From contig JBAWWL010000009.1 of assembly GCA_037146775.1 (NCBI GenBank), positions 68,575-132,574 of the forward strand: a stretch of DNA of 64,000 bases. The letters run 5' to 3'. Position 1 is the first letter of the stretch, and every line of letters starts with the position of its first letter. The position numbers and the translations under genes were made by a program. Shown piece by piece: positions 48,700 to 58,446 of this stretch. A model generated the notes under the pieces. The model saw only the letters and a program-made list of their open reading frames with translations, ran no database searches and was not told the origin of the DNA. Source of the stretch: Candidatus Omnitrophota bacterium (GTDB lineage Bacteria; Omnitrophota; Gorgyraeia; Duberdicusellales; 4484-171).

Positions 48700-48821
48700 T
48701 GCAAAAACTATTTTTACTTTTTTAAAATGATTACACCGATTAATGAATTTGTGTAATCTTGGCGTCACTATGCCATCTAATCTGTGTAATCTTTTAAAAA
48801 TCTGTGTAATTTATTATAAAA
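48700..48821. promoter_or_regulatory. GATTACACAGAT-type motif cluster (4 copies) upstream of pilA
   Basis: AATGATTACACCGATTAATG, TTGTGTAATCTTG, TAATCTGTGTAATCTTTT and AAATCTGTGTAATTTAT. Confidence 0.6.
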
Positions 48822-50039
48822 CTATTTTTGAAATAATTGCATCAAATTCCACATCGGCAAAAATATGCCCAGCGCCATCAATAAAACCCCGCAGCCAAGC
48901 ACAAGCAACAACATCGGCTCAATCAAAGAGGTAAGGTTATCAATCATAAAACCCGCCTCGGCATCATAATAATCTGCTACATGCAATAATAATTCGTCTA
49001 CCTTTCCGGTATCTTCACCCACAGAAACCATCTGTGTTACTACAGGAGTAAACATGCCGCTTGTTTTCATTGACTCGGCCATCCCCTTGCCTTCACTAAC
49101 TCCAACTCCAATGCTCGCTATTGCGCGGGATATTACCGTATTATTTACGCCTTGGGCGGAAAGATCCATGATCCTTAAGATAGGCACGCCTGCGCGCATC
49201 ATAGTTCCTGTAACCTTGGCAAATCTTCCCATTTCTATTTTAATCATGAGCGAACCAAAAACCGGAAATTTCAATCGCAGGCTATCCCACCAAAGCCTAC
49301 CCTTCTTGGTAGCGGTAAGTCTACGAAAACCATAGATTAAAGCTGCGATAATAATAATCAGTGCCCACCAGAATTTTGTAACCGCCTTATTTGTCCAAAT
49401 GAGGATTAAAGTAGGCAGCGGCAAGTTTACGCCGGCAGACATATATACTTTCGCAAAGCGCGGAACAATCAAAAGAGTCAAAATTAAAAAAGCAATACTT
49501 ATGGCAACGACGACTATGATAGGGTATCTGGTTGCTCCCTTGATGCGCGAATTAACTTTCGCGTCATACTCTCTCAAATCTGCCAACCTCTCTAAAGCCT
49601 CGACAAGAGTTCCACTCTCTTCCCCCACCTTAACCATATTTGTGTATAAAGAGTCGAACAGTTTCGGATGATTTTCAAAAGCAGCAGAAAGGCTTTTACC
49701 TGAGTTTATATCTATCGCAATATGATCGAGCGTTTCTTTAAAAACCTTATTTGTGGACTGGTTGCTCATCGCGTTAAGGCTTGCAATAACACTTACCCCC
49801 GCCTTCTGCATTACGGCAAATTGACGCGTAAACATATTTAATTCCGTAGGCCTTACTTTTCTAAAAAGCTTTGTAAAGATTTTATCGAATCCTGACTCTT
49901 TTCCGGCTACCTCGATAGAAACCGGTATAAAATCGGCTTCTTTTAATTTGTCGGCAACCGCGCCCTCTGAAGCAGCCTCCATAAATCCGCTAGTAAGCTT
50001 TGCGAATTTATCCCTAGCTTTATATTGATACTTAATCAT
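48822..50039 (-). CDS. pilC: Type IV pilus platform protein PilC (GspF family)
   Basis: 405 aa with two GspF repeats and 3 TM helices. Lies downstream of pilB. Confidence 0.85.
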   Translation of the reverse strand: MIKYQYKARDKFAKLTSGFMEAASEGAVADKLKEADFIPVSIEVAGKESGFDKIFTKLFRKVRPTELNMFTRQFAVMQKAGVSVIASLNAMSNQSTNKVFKETLDHIAIDINSGKSLSAAFENHPKLFDSLYTNMVKVGEESGTLVEALERLADLREYDAKVNSRIKGATRYPIIVVVAISIAFLILTLLIVPRFAKVYMSAGVNLPLPTLILIWTNKAVTKFWWALIIIIAALIYGFRRLTATKKGRLWWDSLRLKFPVFGSLMIKIEMGRFAKVTGTMMRAGVPILRIMDLSAQGVNNTVISRAIASIGVGVSEGKGMAESMKTSGMFTPVVTQMVSVGEDTGKVDELLLHVADYYDAEAGFMIDNLTSLIEPMLLLVLGCGVLLMALGIFLPMWNLMQLFQK

Positions 50040-51709
50040 TATTCCACCTTTGTTACGCGTAGCACTTCTTCGGCGGTCGTAATACCCTTAATCGCTTTTT
50101 CTAAACCGTCTTTATACAGTGCCTTCATTCCCGATTCAACGGCTTTATTCATTATCTGGTCAGCAGAAGCCTTATTGTTAATCATCTCCCTGATGGCATC
50201 ATTGATTAACAGCATTTCATATACACCAATTCTTCCGCGATAACCGGTATTCTTGCATTCCGGGCACCCCTTGCCGCGATAAAGCTCTTGTTTTGGAGCC
50301 ATGCCTAAATCTTTCAGAACAGATGCGTCAGGCGAATATTTTTCCTTACATTTTTCACAAATTTTTCTAACTAATCTTTGCGCAAGTATACCTATAACAG
50401 AACTAGAAATTAAAAATGGTTCTACCCCCATATCTATTAAACGCGCCAAAGATGATGGCGCATCGTTGGTATGTAAAGTCGAGAGAACCAAATGTCCGGT
50501 CAAAGAAGCTTGTATGGCAATTTCGGCCGTTTCTTTATCGCGTATTTCGCCAACCATGATGATGTCCGGATCTTGACGTAATATCGCGCGCAAGCCATCG
50601 GCAAAAGTTATGCCCGCCCGAGGATTCACTTGAGTCTGCCTGATCAAGGGCAACTCGTATTCAACCGGGTCTTCTATGGTAATGATATTCTTTTCCATGG
50701 TACTGATAGTGCTTAACGTTGAATATAACGTGGTGGTTTTGCCGCTTCCGGTTGGACCGGTAACTAAAATTATGCCGTTAGGGTGACGGATAAGTTTATC
50801 GAAAATTGTAAGTTCGTCTTTGTCAAACCCTAAGTCTTCCAACCCCAAAACAACTGCCGACTTATCTAATAACCGCATTACTACATTTTCGCCATGTATG
50901 GTCGGAAAGGTAGAAACCCTCACATCCAAATCTTTATTCTGCACTTTCAAGCGGATCCTGCCATCTTGGGGTTTTCTACTTTCGGCAATATCCATCCCCG
51001 ACAGCAGCTTTATCCTGGAAGCAATAGCCCGATGCAGGTGCTTGGGAAAAGTGTAGGCCTCATGCATAATTCCGTCTATTCTGTTACGCACCCTTGACGC
51101 GCCATGCTCCGGCTCGACATGTATATCGGAAGCCCTGTCTTTGACTGCCTGCATAAACATCATATTAACCAACTTAATGACCGGCGCCTCTTCAACAATT
51201 TCGGACAAATCTTTCTCTTCTTCTGTACCAACCTTCTTCGTCTCTATAGACTTAACTATTTCGCTTATAGAACCGCCGACAACGTAATAATAATCTAAAA
51301 TCCGCTGTATGCCTTTCTCGGTAGTAAGGACCGGGTCGATAGAATCCTTTTTGCTCACTTTCCGCACCTGATCCAACGCGACAATATCCTGCGGGTTAAC
51401 CATAGCCACAGTAAGGCTTTGACCGATCATAAAAAGCGGCACCACTTTGTATTTCTTCGCGATATTTTCGGGAATTAGCTTTACTAGTTCACTGTCAATA
51501 ATATAATCTTTTAAATCCATGAAAGGGACATTTAGGTGTACGGCAAGTGCGCTCGCAATATCATCCTCACTGATAAAACCCAATTTTTCCAGTGCCCGAT
51601 CAAGAGAAAGCCCGGTACGCTTAACCTCATCTTGTGCTTTAGTAAGTTGCTCCTGGGTAATTAAGCCCTTTTCCAGTAATAGATTAACTATTTCAAAATT
51701 TCCTGCCAT
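50039..51709 (-). CDS. pilB: Type IV pilus assembly ATPase PilB (GspE family)
   Basis: N-terminal GSPII domain. Walker A is VTGPTGSGKTTTL, with an Asp box, Walker B and a CPECKNTGYRGRIGVYE tetracysteine motif. Confidence 0.85.
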   Translation of the reverse strand: MAGNFEIVNLLLEKGLITQEQLTKAQDEVKRTGLSLDRALEKLGFISEDDIASALAVHLNVPFMDLKDYIIDSELVKLIPENIAKKYKVVPLFMIGQSLTVAMVNPQDIVALDQVRKVSKKDSIDPVLTTEKGIQRILDYYYVVGGSISEIVKSIETKKVGTEEEKDLSEIVEEAPVIKLVNMMFMQAVKDRASDIHVEPEHGASRVRNRIDGIMHEAYTFPKHLHRAIASRIKLLSGMDIAESRKPQDGRIRLKVQNKDLDVRVSTFPTIHGENVVMRLLDKSAVVLGLEDLGFDKDELTIFDKLIRHPNGIILVTGPTGSGKTTTLYSTLSTISTMEKNIITIEDPVEYELPLIRQTQVNPRAGITFADGLRAILRQDPDIIMVGEIRDKETAEIAIQASLTGHLVLSTLHTNDAPSSLARLIDMGVEPFLISSSVIGILAQRLVRKICEKCKEKYSPDASVLKDLGMAPKQELYRGKGCPECKNTGYRGRIGVYEMLLINDAIREMINNKASADQIMNKAVESGMKALYKDGLEKAIKGITTAEEVLRVTKVE

Positions 51710-51795
51710 ATTTTTCTCCTTTTAATAAATGATTACACGGATTAAGTCAAGATTACACAGACCTATTAATCGGTGTAATCATTTTTTTTCTAAGC
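51710..51795. promoter_or_regulatory. GATTACACAGAT-type motif cluster (3 copies) upstream of pilB
   Basis: AATGATTACACGGATTAAG, AAGATTACACAGACC and TTAATCGGTGTAATCATT. Confidence 0.6.
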
Positions 51796-52167
51796 TCAAG
51801 CCTCTTTTACCAATTCTTTTATTTTTGTAAGTAAAGCCTGCGGATCGAAAGGCTTAGTAACGTAAGCATTGGCACCGGTTTCTTCACCCATCTTTTTGTC
51901 GGATTCCTGCGCGCGGGCGGTAAACATAATAATGGGTATATGCTTATATTTCTCATCAAATTTAAGCATCCGGCATACTTTATAACCGTCTATCTTGGGC
52001 AGCATAAGATCTAGTATGATCAGGTCGGGTTTTTCTTTTCTTGCCTTGTCTAGCCCCACAAAACCATCGTGGGCGGAGATTACCTCATAACCATTTGCCT
52101 CCAAGCGAAAAGTTACTGTCTCTACCAAATCTTTCTCGTCGTCAATAATTAAAATTCTTTTTTTCAT
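51796..52167 (-). CDS. Response regulator receiver protein (single domain). The start is taken at MKKRILIID.
   Basis: ILIIDDEKDLVE...PDLIILDLMLPKIDGYKVCRMLK...IIMFTARA is a CheY-like receiver. The longer ORF upstream overlaps the kinase gene, so it is rejected. Confidence 0.75.
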   Translation of the reverse strand: MKKRILIIDDEKDLVETVTFRLEANGYEVISAHDGFVGLDKARKEKPDLIILDLMLPKIDGYKVCRMLKFDEKYKHIPIIMFTARAQESDKKMGEETGANAYVTKPFDPQALLTKIKELVKEA

Positions 52168-52168
52168 T

Positions 52169-53485
52169 TTACCGCTCACTCTTTCTAATATCTCTGGGCA
52201 ATATGACGCTAAATTTGCTTCCTTTACCGATTTCTGAATCGAGCCGTACCTGGCCGCCATGTACATCAACGATACCCTTGACGATAGAAAGCCCGAGGCC
52301 AGTACCTGGAACTTCTCCTCTGGCATGCATTGCCATACGGTGGAACCGGTCGAAAATTTTTTCAAAATCCTCGCGAGGAATCCCCATGCCAGTATCAATA
52401 ACGGTAATTTCTACCATCTCTCCCTTCTCTTCAACGCCTACTTCTACTTTTCCTTTCGGCCTGTTATATTTAATAGCATTATCAACAAGATTGGTCACCA
52501 CCTGCGTAAGTTTATCCGGATCTCCCCAAATCTCAATAGGTACACCGGGTAATATACTGGTAAAGAGAAGCCCTTTTTCCCTGGCAAGCGGACTTAAGGA
52601 GCTTGCAACGGTTTTCACCATTCCGGCAACATCAAAAAGCTTTCTCTTCGCCGGCGCCTTCTTCGCGTCAAGCTTGGCCAGCTCAAGCAACTCATCAATA
52701 AGGCGGCCGAGACGCTCGATATTCTGTTTTGCCACCTCAAGAAATCTTTTCTGTTCTTGCGTAATTTGCCCGGTCATCCCCTCCAGGAGAAGGCCAACCG
52801 CTTCTTTAATTGCGGTTAATGGGGTACGCAGTTCGTGTGAAACATTGGAAACAAAATCAGACTTAAGCTGATCTCGGGAACGTGCTTCTTCCTGAAGCCT
52901 GGCATTCTCGATAATAACCGCGGCAAAATCAGCGATGGTCTTTAGAATATCTAAATCCTCTTCTCGAAAAACTTCCTTAGTTATCTTGTTGTTTACATTA
53001 ATAACACCGATAACCCTGTCACGTACTTTAAGGGGGACGCTAAGCAAAGAATTGGTATAATACCTTCCGTTACTGCGCTTAGAAAATCTTGAGTCGCGGT
53101 CCAGGTCTTTAATAAGAAGGGGTTCTCCTGTCATCGCGATCCAGCCGGCAACGCCTTCGCCAAGTTTTATTTTGGCTTCTCTAATAATTTCGTCGTTGAG
53201 CCCCTTAGCAAACTTTATCACTAAACCGCCCTTGTCCGTATCCAAAAGCATCAGAGATACAATTTCCACCGATAAAAGATCGGCGATCCTGTTCGCCAAA
53301 ATCCTGAGGCATTTCTCAAAATCAAACACAGAAGACGCCTCTTTGCCGATATGATACGCGGCCGCCAGCTCAAAAAGACGGCGCTCAAGTATGTCTCGAT
53401 TCTGCCGGTGCATGTCGTCAACCATGGTTTTTATTTCAAAATTATCTGCTACCGCGCTTATGCTTTCCTGTAATTTATCTTTCAT
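52169..53485 (-). CDS. GAF-domain sensor histidine kinase
   Basis: GAF (residues about 40-190), HisKA (SHELRTPL) and HATPase (DNAIKYN...GTGLGLSIVK). Confidence 0.8.
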   Translation of the reverse strand: MKDKLQESISAVADNFEIKTMVDDMHRQNRDILERRLFELAAAYHIGKEASSVFDFEKCLRILANRIADLLSVEIVSLMLLDTDKGGLVIKFAKGLNDEIIREAKIKLGEGVAGWIAMTGEPLLIKDLDRDSRFSKRSNGRYYTNSLLSVPLKVRDRVIGVINVNNKITKEVFREEDLDILKTIADFAAVIIENARLQEEARSRDQLKSDFVSNVSHELRTPLTAIKEAVGLLLEGMTGQITQEQKRFLEVAKQNIERLGRLIDELLELAKLDAKKAPAKRKLFDVAGMVKTVASSLSPLAREKGLLFTSILPGVPIEIWGDPDKLTQVVTNLVDNAIKYNRPKGKVEVGVEEKGEMVEITVIDTGMGIPREDFEKIFDRFHRMAMHARGEVPGTGLGLSIVKGIVDVHGGQVRLDSEIGKGSKFSVILPRDIRKSER

Positions 53486-53488
53486 ACC

Positions 53489-53884
53489 TCACCTCTTGCC
53501 GCTTGACAACTTTTCTTCTATCATATGAAGCGTTGATTTCAACACACTCTGCATATCGCTATACATGCTCATTTTAGGAATATACGTGCTCACCCCTAAC
53601 TGTTCCGCCCCCTTAATAGAGCGCTCATCAGGATAAGCAGTCATCATAACAACCGGGATACTTGCGGAAATTTTTCTTATTTCTTTTAAGGTCTTAATAC
53701 CGTCCATCTCGGGCATCATATAATCCAAAATAACGATATCGGGCTTCTTGGTTTGCATAATACCTAACGCATCCTTGCCGTTTGAAGCCGTAATAGCACC
53801 ATACCCCCAACTTTTGATTCTAGTTGCCATCAGCTCAAGAAAATCATGCTCATCATCTACCAACAGAATTGACGGCTTTGCCAT
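53489..53884 (-). CDS. Response regulator receiver protein (single domain)
   Basis: ILLVDDEHDFLE...PDIVILDYMMPEMDG...VVMMTAY. Confidence 0.75.
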   Translation of the reverse strand: MAKPSILLVDDEHDFLELMATRIKSWGYGAITASNGKDALGIMQTKKPDIVILDYMMPEMDGIKTLKEIRKISASIPVVMMTAYPDERSIKGAEQLGVSTYIPKMSMYSDMQSVLKSTLHMIEEKLSSGKR

Positions 53885-54069
53885 AATAACTCCTTTTTCT
53901 CTGTTCTTTTCGATATGCGCAGCAACAGGTATACGCTTACTAAAACACTATAATAACTTTTAATTATAGCAACTAAAAGAGCTCTCGACAACCATTTTTC
54001 TCCTACCGTAAATATCCTCCCACTCGTAAGCTTACTTTTTTGGATAGCAATTACGTTCTTAGATAATCC

Positions 54070-54588
54070 TTACTTTTTATATTTAGCTAACTCCGCTTCA
54101 AGCTCTTTTATTTTGTTTTTAAGTTCGATCATCTTTAATTCGCGACCAATGGCAACATCGTTAAAAATCTTAAGCTGCCTGTTTTTTTCAATAAATTCCA
54201 GGTAAATCTTCCTGATACGCATCATTACTTCGACCTTGGCGATAAGTTCGTCTAAGTTATCCGGCATATAAAAATATTCTTCCGCCCCACTGTCCAGCAA
54301 CGCTTTCAGCTTATCCGCAATATCTTTATAGGTGGCAGAAACGCAAATAATCGGAATATAGCGCGTTTCTTCCTTGTGTTTCAAGATGTGTATCATTGTG
54401 AATCCATCCATTATAGGCATCGCCAGGTCGGTAACAATAATATCAATCTCTCGTGTCTGAGCTATTTTTAGCCCCTCTTCGCCGTTTCCGGCATCTATGA
54501 CGGTATATTGTGCGTCTTCGAGCGCCTTTTTATAAATGGCTTTCTTAGTTTCGCTGTCCTCAACAAGTAAAATTAAACCTTTGGTCAT
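54070..54588 (-). CDS. Response regulator receiver with a C-terminal coiled coil
   Basis: ILLVEDSETKKAIY...IDIIVTDLAMPIMDG...ICVSAT, followed by a C-terminal helical region ELKNKIKELEAELAKYKK. Confidence 0.7.
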   Translation of the reverse strand: MTKGLILLVEDSETKKAIYKKALEDAQYTVIDAGNGEEGLKIAQTREIDIIVTDLAMPIMDGFTMIHILKHKEETRYIPIICVSATYKDIADKLKALLDSGAEEYFYMPDNLDELIAKVEVMMRIRKIYLEFIEKNRQLKIFNDVAIGRELKMIELKNKIKELEAELAKYKK

Positions 54589-54940
54589 TGTTCCTCCTTT
54601 TGCCGATACGATCGGACTAAGGCGTAATCCTTGCTAAAAAAATAGCTATCGTCCAACACATTTCTTTATTCTTCCCAACAACCCATCAAAAACAATCATC
54701 CAACAAACTGGCTATATTTTATATTTTTAATTTTTGATATTTGATATTTAATTTTTCTGACCCTTCCTGCCTACTAACCTATCAACATACTAACCTATCA
54801 ACCTATATTCTTTCCCCAAATAATTCGTTAATCATTTAATCCGTTAATTCTTTAACCTACTAACCTATCCACCTATCAACATATCAACCTACATAATACT
54901 CACAACTATATACTATGTACTCAATACTCACGACTATATA

Positions 54941-56242
54941 CTATAGCGACGCATCTACCTCAATAAAAATACCTAAAATAATATCTCGCCCGGCAAGATG
55001 CATAGTTTGCGCATTGAGAAAAACTGGTACAATGGTACCATTTTTATGCTGCACTTCAACCGCAATATCTTCTGTACGGCCCCTTTGTGCGTGTATATAA
55101 AATTTTTCTTTATACTTTTCTTCCTGGCCAAAAGGATGCAATTGCCACTGCTGCATACCGACCAACTCCTCGTGGCTATAGCCCAAAAGCGTTTGCGCCT
55201 GCCGGTTACACTCAATGATATTGCCGGTTTCAATATCAGCTATAACCATTGCTGTACCCGCATTATCAAAAATAGTCTTAAATTTTTCCTCTGATTCCCG
55301 CAGCGCCAACTCAGTCTTCTTGCGTTCGCTAATGTCAACATTTACCTCCGCTACCAGCCATTCACCGTTTTCATTTTGGAAAGGTATGGTTGTTATCTGG
55401 ACGGGCCTGTTATTTTCTTTTACTAATACTTCTTCCGTAACTTTTAGCTGTTTAGTTTTTAAAGCCTCTACGATACCGCAGCCGGGACAAATATCGTTGC
55501 GGCCCATGAAATACTGATAACATTTTCTTCCCTGCACTTCGCCATATACTTTCGCCCATTCCGGATCAATATAACGTATATTGAATTCTGTATCAATGAT
55601 ATCCAGCCCTGTCTTGGTAGCTCCGAGAATATATTCTATTTGTTTTTTAAGCGTGCCTAATTCTAGCTGCATTGTTTTACGGTGCGCAACCTCTTCCTGT
55701 AATTCCACGTTTGTCCTAGCTAATTCAAAAGTACGCCTTTGTACGCGTAGCTCTAAATCTTCTTTCACTTTTTCAAGTTGAGCCTCAAGTTTATGGCGCT
55801 CGGTGATATCGCGGAAAATACCGGCCACATATTGCTTCCCGCCGCAATTAAGCATGAACCCTTTAATATCAACATGCAATATTTTTTTATCTTTCTTAAG
55901 TAAAGGGATATTTTTTGCTAAGGTAATCTTTTTGTTGATAATCTTCTCAAACTGAGCCAATACGTAGGGAAACTCTCCTGCGGGATGAATTTTATCAATA
56001 GTCAGCTTTTTAAGCTCTCCAAGGCTATAACCCAGCATTTGGCATATACTTTTATTGCCTAAATATATTTTCTTAGTTTTTGGTTCCGCCAAGAGCATGC
56101 CATCATTAGCATAGTCAAAAATATCTTTAAAAATCTCTAGCGGCGCCGCACACATATCTCTCGTTTCACCTCGTAGCGTGCCTTTGGATAAAAAATTCTT
56201 CCTATGTGATAATTTATGCATAATTTTTTTTGTCCGCTTCAT
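54941..56242 (-). CDS. PAS-domain signalling protein (multiple PAS, no output domain recognised)
   Basis: Several PAS-like segments separated by coiled coils (e.g. FDYANDGMLLAE..., IEYILGATKTGLDIID..., FKTIFDNAGTAMVIADIETGNIIECNRQAQTLLGYSHEELVG). No kinase, GGDEF or HTH domain. Confidence 0.6.
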   Translation of the reverse strand: MKRTKKIMHKLSHRKNFLSKGTLRGETRDMCAAPLEIFKDIFDYANDGMLLAEPKTKKIYLGNKSICQMLGYSLGELKKLTIDKIHPAGEFPYVLAQFEKIINKKITLAKNIPLLKKDKKILHVDIKGFMLNCGGKQYVAGIFRDITERHKLEAQLEKVKEDLELRVQRRTFELARTNVELQEEVAHRKTMQLELGTLKKQIEYILGATKTGLDIIDTEFNIRYIDPEWAKVYGEVQGRKCYQYFMGRNDICPGCGIVEALKTKQLKVTEEVLVKENNRPVQITTIPFQNENGEWLVAEVNVDISERKKTELALRESEEKFKTIFDNAGTAMVIADIETGNIIECNRQAQTLLGYSHEELVGMQQWQLHPFGQEEKYKEKFYIHAQRGRTEDIAVEVQHKNGTIVPVFLNAQTMHLAGRDIILGIFIEVDASL

Positions 56243-56260
56243 GTCAAAATATTAATTTTT

Positions 56261-58342
56261 TTAAACTCGGCGGTCTACGATAGGGAGCAAAAAGCTAAAG
56301 GTTGAACCCTTGCCAAATTCTGACTCTACCCAGATTTTTCCCTTATGCGCCTGTATAATTTCCTTAGAGATTGCGAGCCCCAAGCCGGTACCCCCCGTCT
56401 TTCTATCCATAGGATTCTCCAGCTGCTCAAACTTTTGAAATAATCGGGGTATATCTTCTTCCTTAATACCGGGCCCGGTATCTTTTACCGAAACTTTAAT
56501 AGTGTTGCTTTCTTTGGCTGTAGCAACACTGATGGAACCGGAACGCGTAAACTTAATAGCGTTATCCAGAAGATTGGTCAACACCTGGGTAATCCTGTCT
56601 CGGTCAAAAACAATTTTCGCTAAATCGTCCTGGAGGCAAAGAGAAAAATCTAGTCCTTTCTCTTTGGCTACGGGAGCCATTGCCTGCGCCGTTTCTCGTA
56701 CGATCTCGTTTATATTGTTTTCGACGAACCTAAAATTTATCCTGCTTGCTTCGAACTTCTGAAAATCTAAAACATCATTAATTAATCTGGCTAGCCGGTC
56801 AACATTCCTTTGGGCAATAGTTAAGAATTCTTTCTGGCTAGGATTAAGGTTCCCGGCCGTCTCATCTAAAACTATTATTATACCTTCTTTGATGGCAGTC
56901 AACGGAGTACGTAACTCATGGGATATCGTTGACGTAAATTCAGATTTTGCTTTAAGCGCTTCTTCAGCTTTCTTTTTTTCCTCAATCAGATCCTCAAGGA
57001 TATTAAACGTTGCTTCCTGGGCTCGGATCAACTCTTTTGTCCGTTCTTGGACTTTCTGCTCTAACCCACTTGAAAATCTTTCAAGATCCTGTCTTGCGCA
57101 AATCAACTCATCTTGTTTTTCCTTAAGAAACTCGCGCATGGTTTGCAAGGCATCAGCAAACTCCTCTATTTCATCGCGCGTTCTTATGCGTATAGGATAA
57201 TCCCATTCGCCGGCCATAATCTTTTCAACAACTATGTGTAATTGTCGAATAGGCCTGGAAACAAATCCCCCCAGAAAATACCCCGCCGGGAACATCATCA
57301 TCATCAATGCGATCCCAGCTAAAACAAGATATAAAGTAAGCTTATGTAATGGCGCGAGCGCCTTAACCGTATCGTTAATTACCAACACGGTCCACGCAAT
57401 GTTGCGTTGTACCAGGAAGGGGGCCTCGATATCTGTGTCGGTCACAAACGCTTTCATCTTATGCGGCGCATCAACTGTAATTATTTCATAGGCACGCCTA
57501 CTCGCCAATATTTTTCGTATTGCTTCATCGCCGGCAAGCTTACTGCTTAATGGGGTTATGCCGCCACCGAACAGAATGCGGCCATTCTTATTCATGACGA
57601 AAATACTGCTGACATCCGTAAGTTCAAGAGCGGCTATCTGCGCAAACAGCCGATCAATAGCAAAAGCCTCTTTACATACCCCGACTATTTTGCCTGTTCC
57701 AGGCTCACGCATAGGCACTGCCAGGGGAATAACCCAAGTCTTCGAAGAAGCATCATACTCCACGTCTCCCATATAAAGTGCGCCGTTACCATTATTATAC
57801 GCCTTCTGCCACCACGCTTCGTCAGCCTGATAGAAATCGCTGGTTTTGCCCGAAGCAGCTACAAGCGCACCAAATTTATCCGTAATGAAAATTTCTGCTA
57901 TATCTTTTCTAAGCACAGTCACATCTCGCATAGAAAGGCTAACTCGATTTTCTAAATATTCCTTCATTAAAGAAGAGCCTGCCTCGGACTGGATCCATAA
58001 TTTATCCATTTCCAACAGCTGCTGTTCGATTACTTCCCTTCCTTTGTTACTATATTGCTCATTACTTTGCTTCACCACATCCACCCATAGCGGCCTAGTC
58101 GCAATTATCTCAAGAAACCTTATTTCATCCATCAGTGCCATTTCTATAGAATGAGCAAGCGAATGTGAAACATTCTTATACCCAACACCGATAGCCTCGG
58201 TAAGCAAATAAGAGCCAACCGCATAACCCAGCATAAGGCCAATAATAATGATACATAAGGTACCGAAAAAAATAAAAAAAGCAGCTTTGTACCGAATACT
58301 GTTTTTAAAGCGCTTCCAACCTTTAAAAAATATCATACTCAT
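56261..58342 (-). CDS. Sensor histidine kinase (periplasmic Cache-like sensor, HAMP, HisKA, HATPase). The start is taken at MSMIFF.
   Basis: Two TM helices flank a periplasmic domain of about 280 aa. HAMP, HisKA (SHELRTPL) and HATPase (DNAIKFT...GTGLGLAISK) follow. Confidence 0.8.
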   Translation of the reverse strand: MSMIFFKGWKRFKNSIRYKAAFFIFFGTLCIIIIGLMLGYAVGSYLLTEAIGVGYKNVSHSLAHSIEMALMDEIRFLEIIATRPLWVDVVKQSNEQYSNKGREVIEQQLLEMDKLWIQSEAGSSLMKEYLENRVSLSMRDVTVLRKDIAEIFITDKFGALVAASGKTSDFYQADEAWWQKAYNNGNGALYMGDVEYDASSKTWVIPLAVPMREPGTGKIVGVCKEAFAIDRLFAQIAALELTDVSSIFVMNKNGRILFGGGITPLSSKLAGDEAIRKILASRRAYEIITVDAPHKMKAFVTDTDIEAPFLVQRNIAWTVLVINDTVKALAPLHKLTLYLVLAGIALMMMMFPAGYFLGGFVSRPIRQLHIVVEKIMAGEWDYPIRIRTRDEIEEFADALQTMREFLKEKQDELICARQDLERFSSGLEQKVQERTKELIRAQEATFNILEDLIEEKKKAEEALKAKSEFTSTISHELRTPLTAIKEGIIIVLDETAGNLNPSQKEFLTIAQRNVDRLARLINDVLDFQKFEASRINFRFVENNINEIVRETAQAMAPVAKEKGLDFSLCLQDDLAKIVFDRDRITQVLTNLLDNAIKFTRSGSISVATAKESNTIKVSVKDTGPGIKEEDIPRLFQKFEQLENPMDRKTGGTGLGLAISKEIIQAHKGKIWVESEFGKGSTFSFLLPIVDRRV

Positions 58343-58446
58343 CTTGTTCTTAAACTGTTTCTTTTGCCTTTGTTCAAGAATAATTCCGCAGGCCAAAAGG
58401 ATATTAGGTACTTTTCATATCCGCGAATATATACACGGTAAAAAGA

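Noticed and set aside
48584-48720. Sigma-54 promoter (TGGCAC-N5-TTGC) expected upstream of pilA
   Set aside because: No match to the -24/-12 consensus on the minus strand. The region instead carries the GATTACACAGAT motif cluster.
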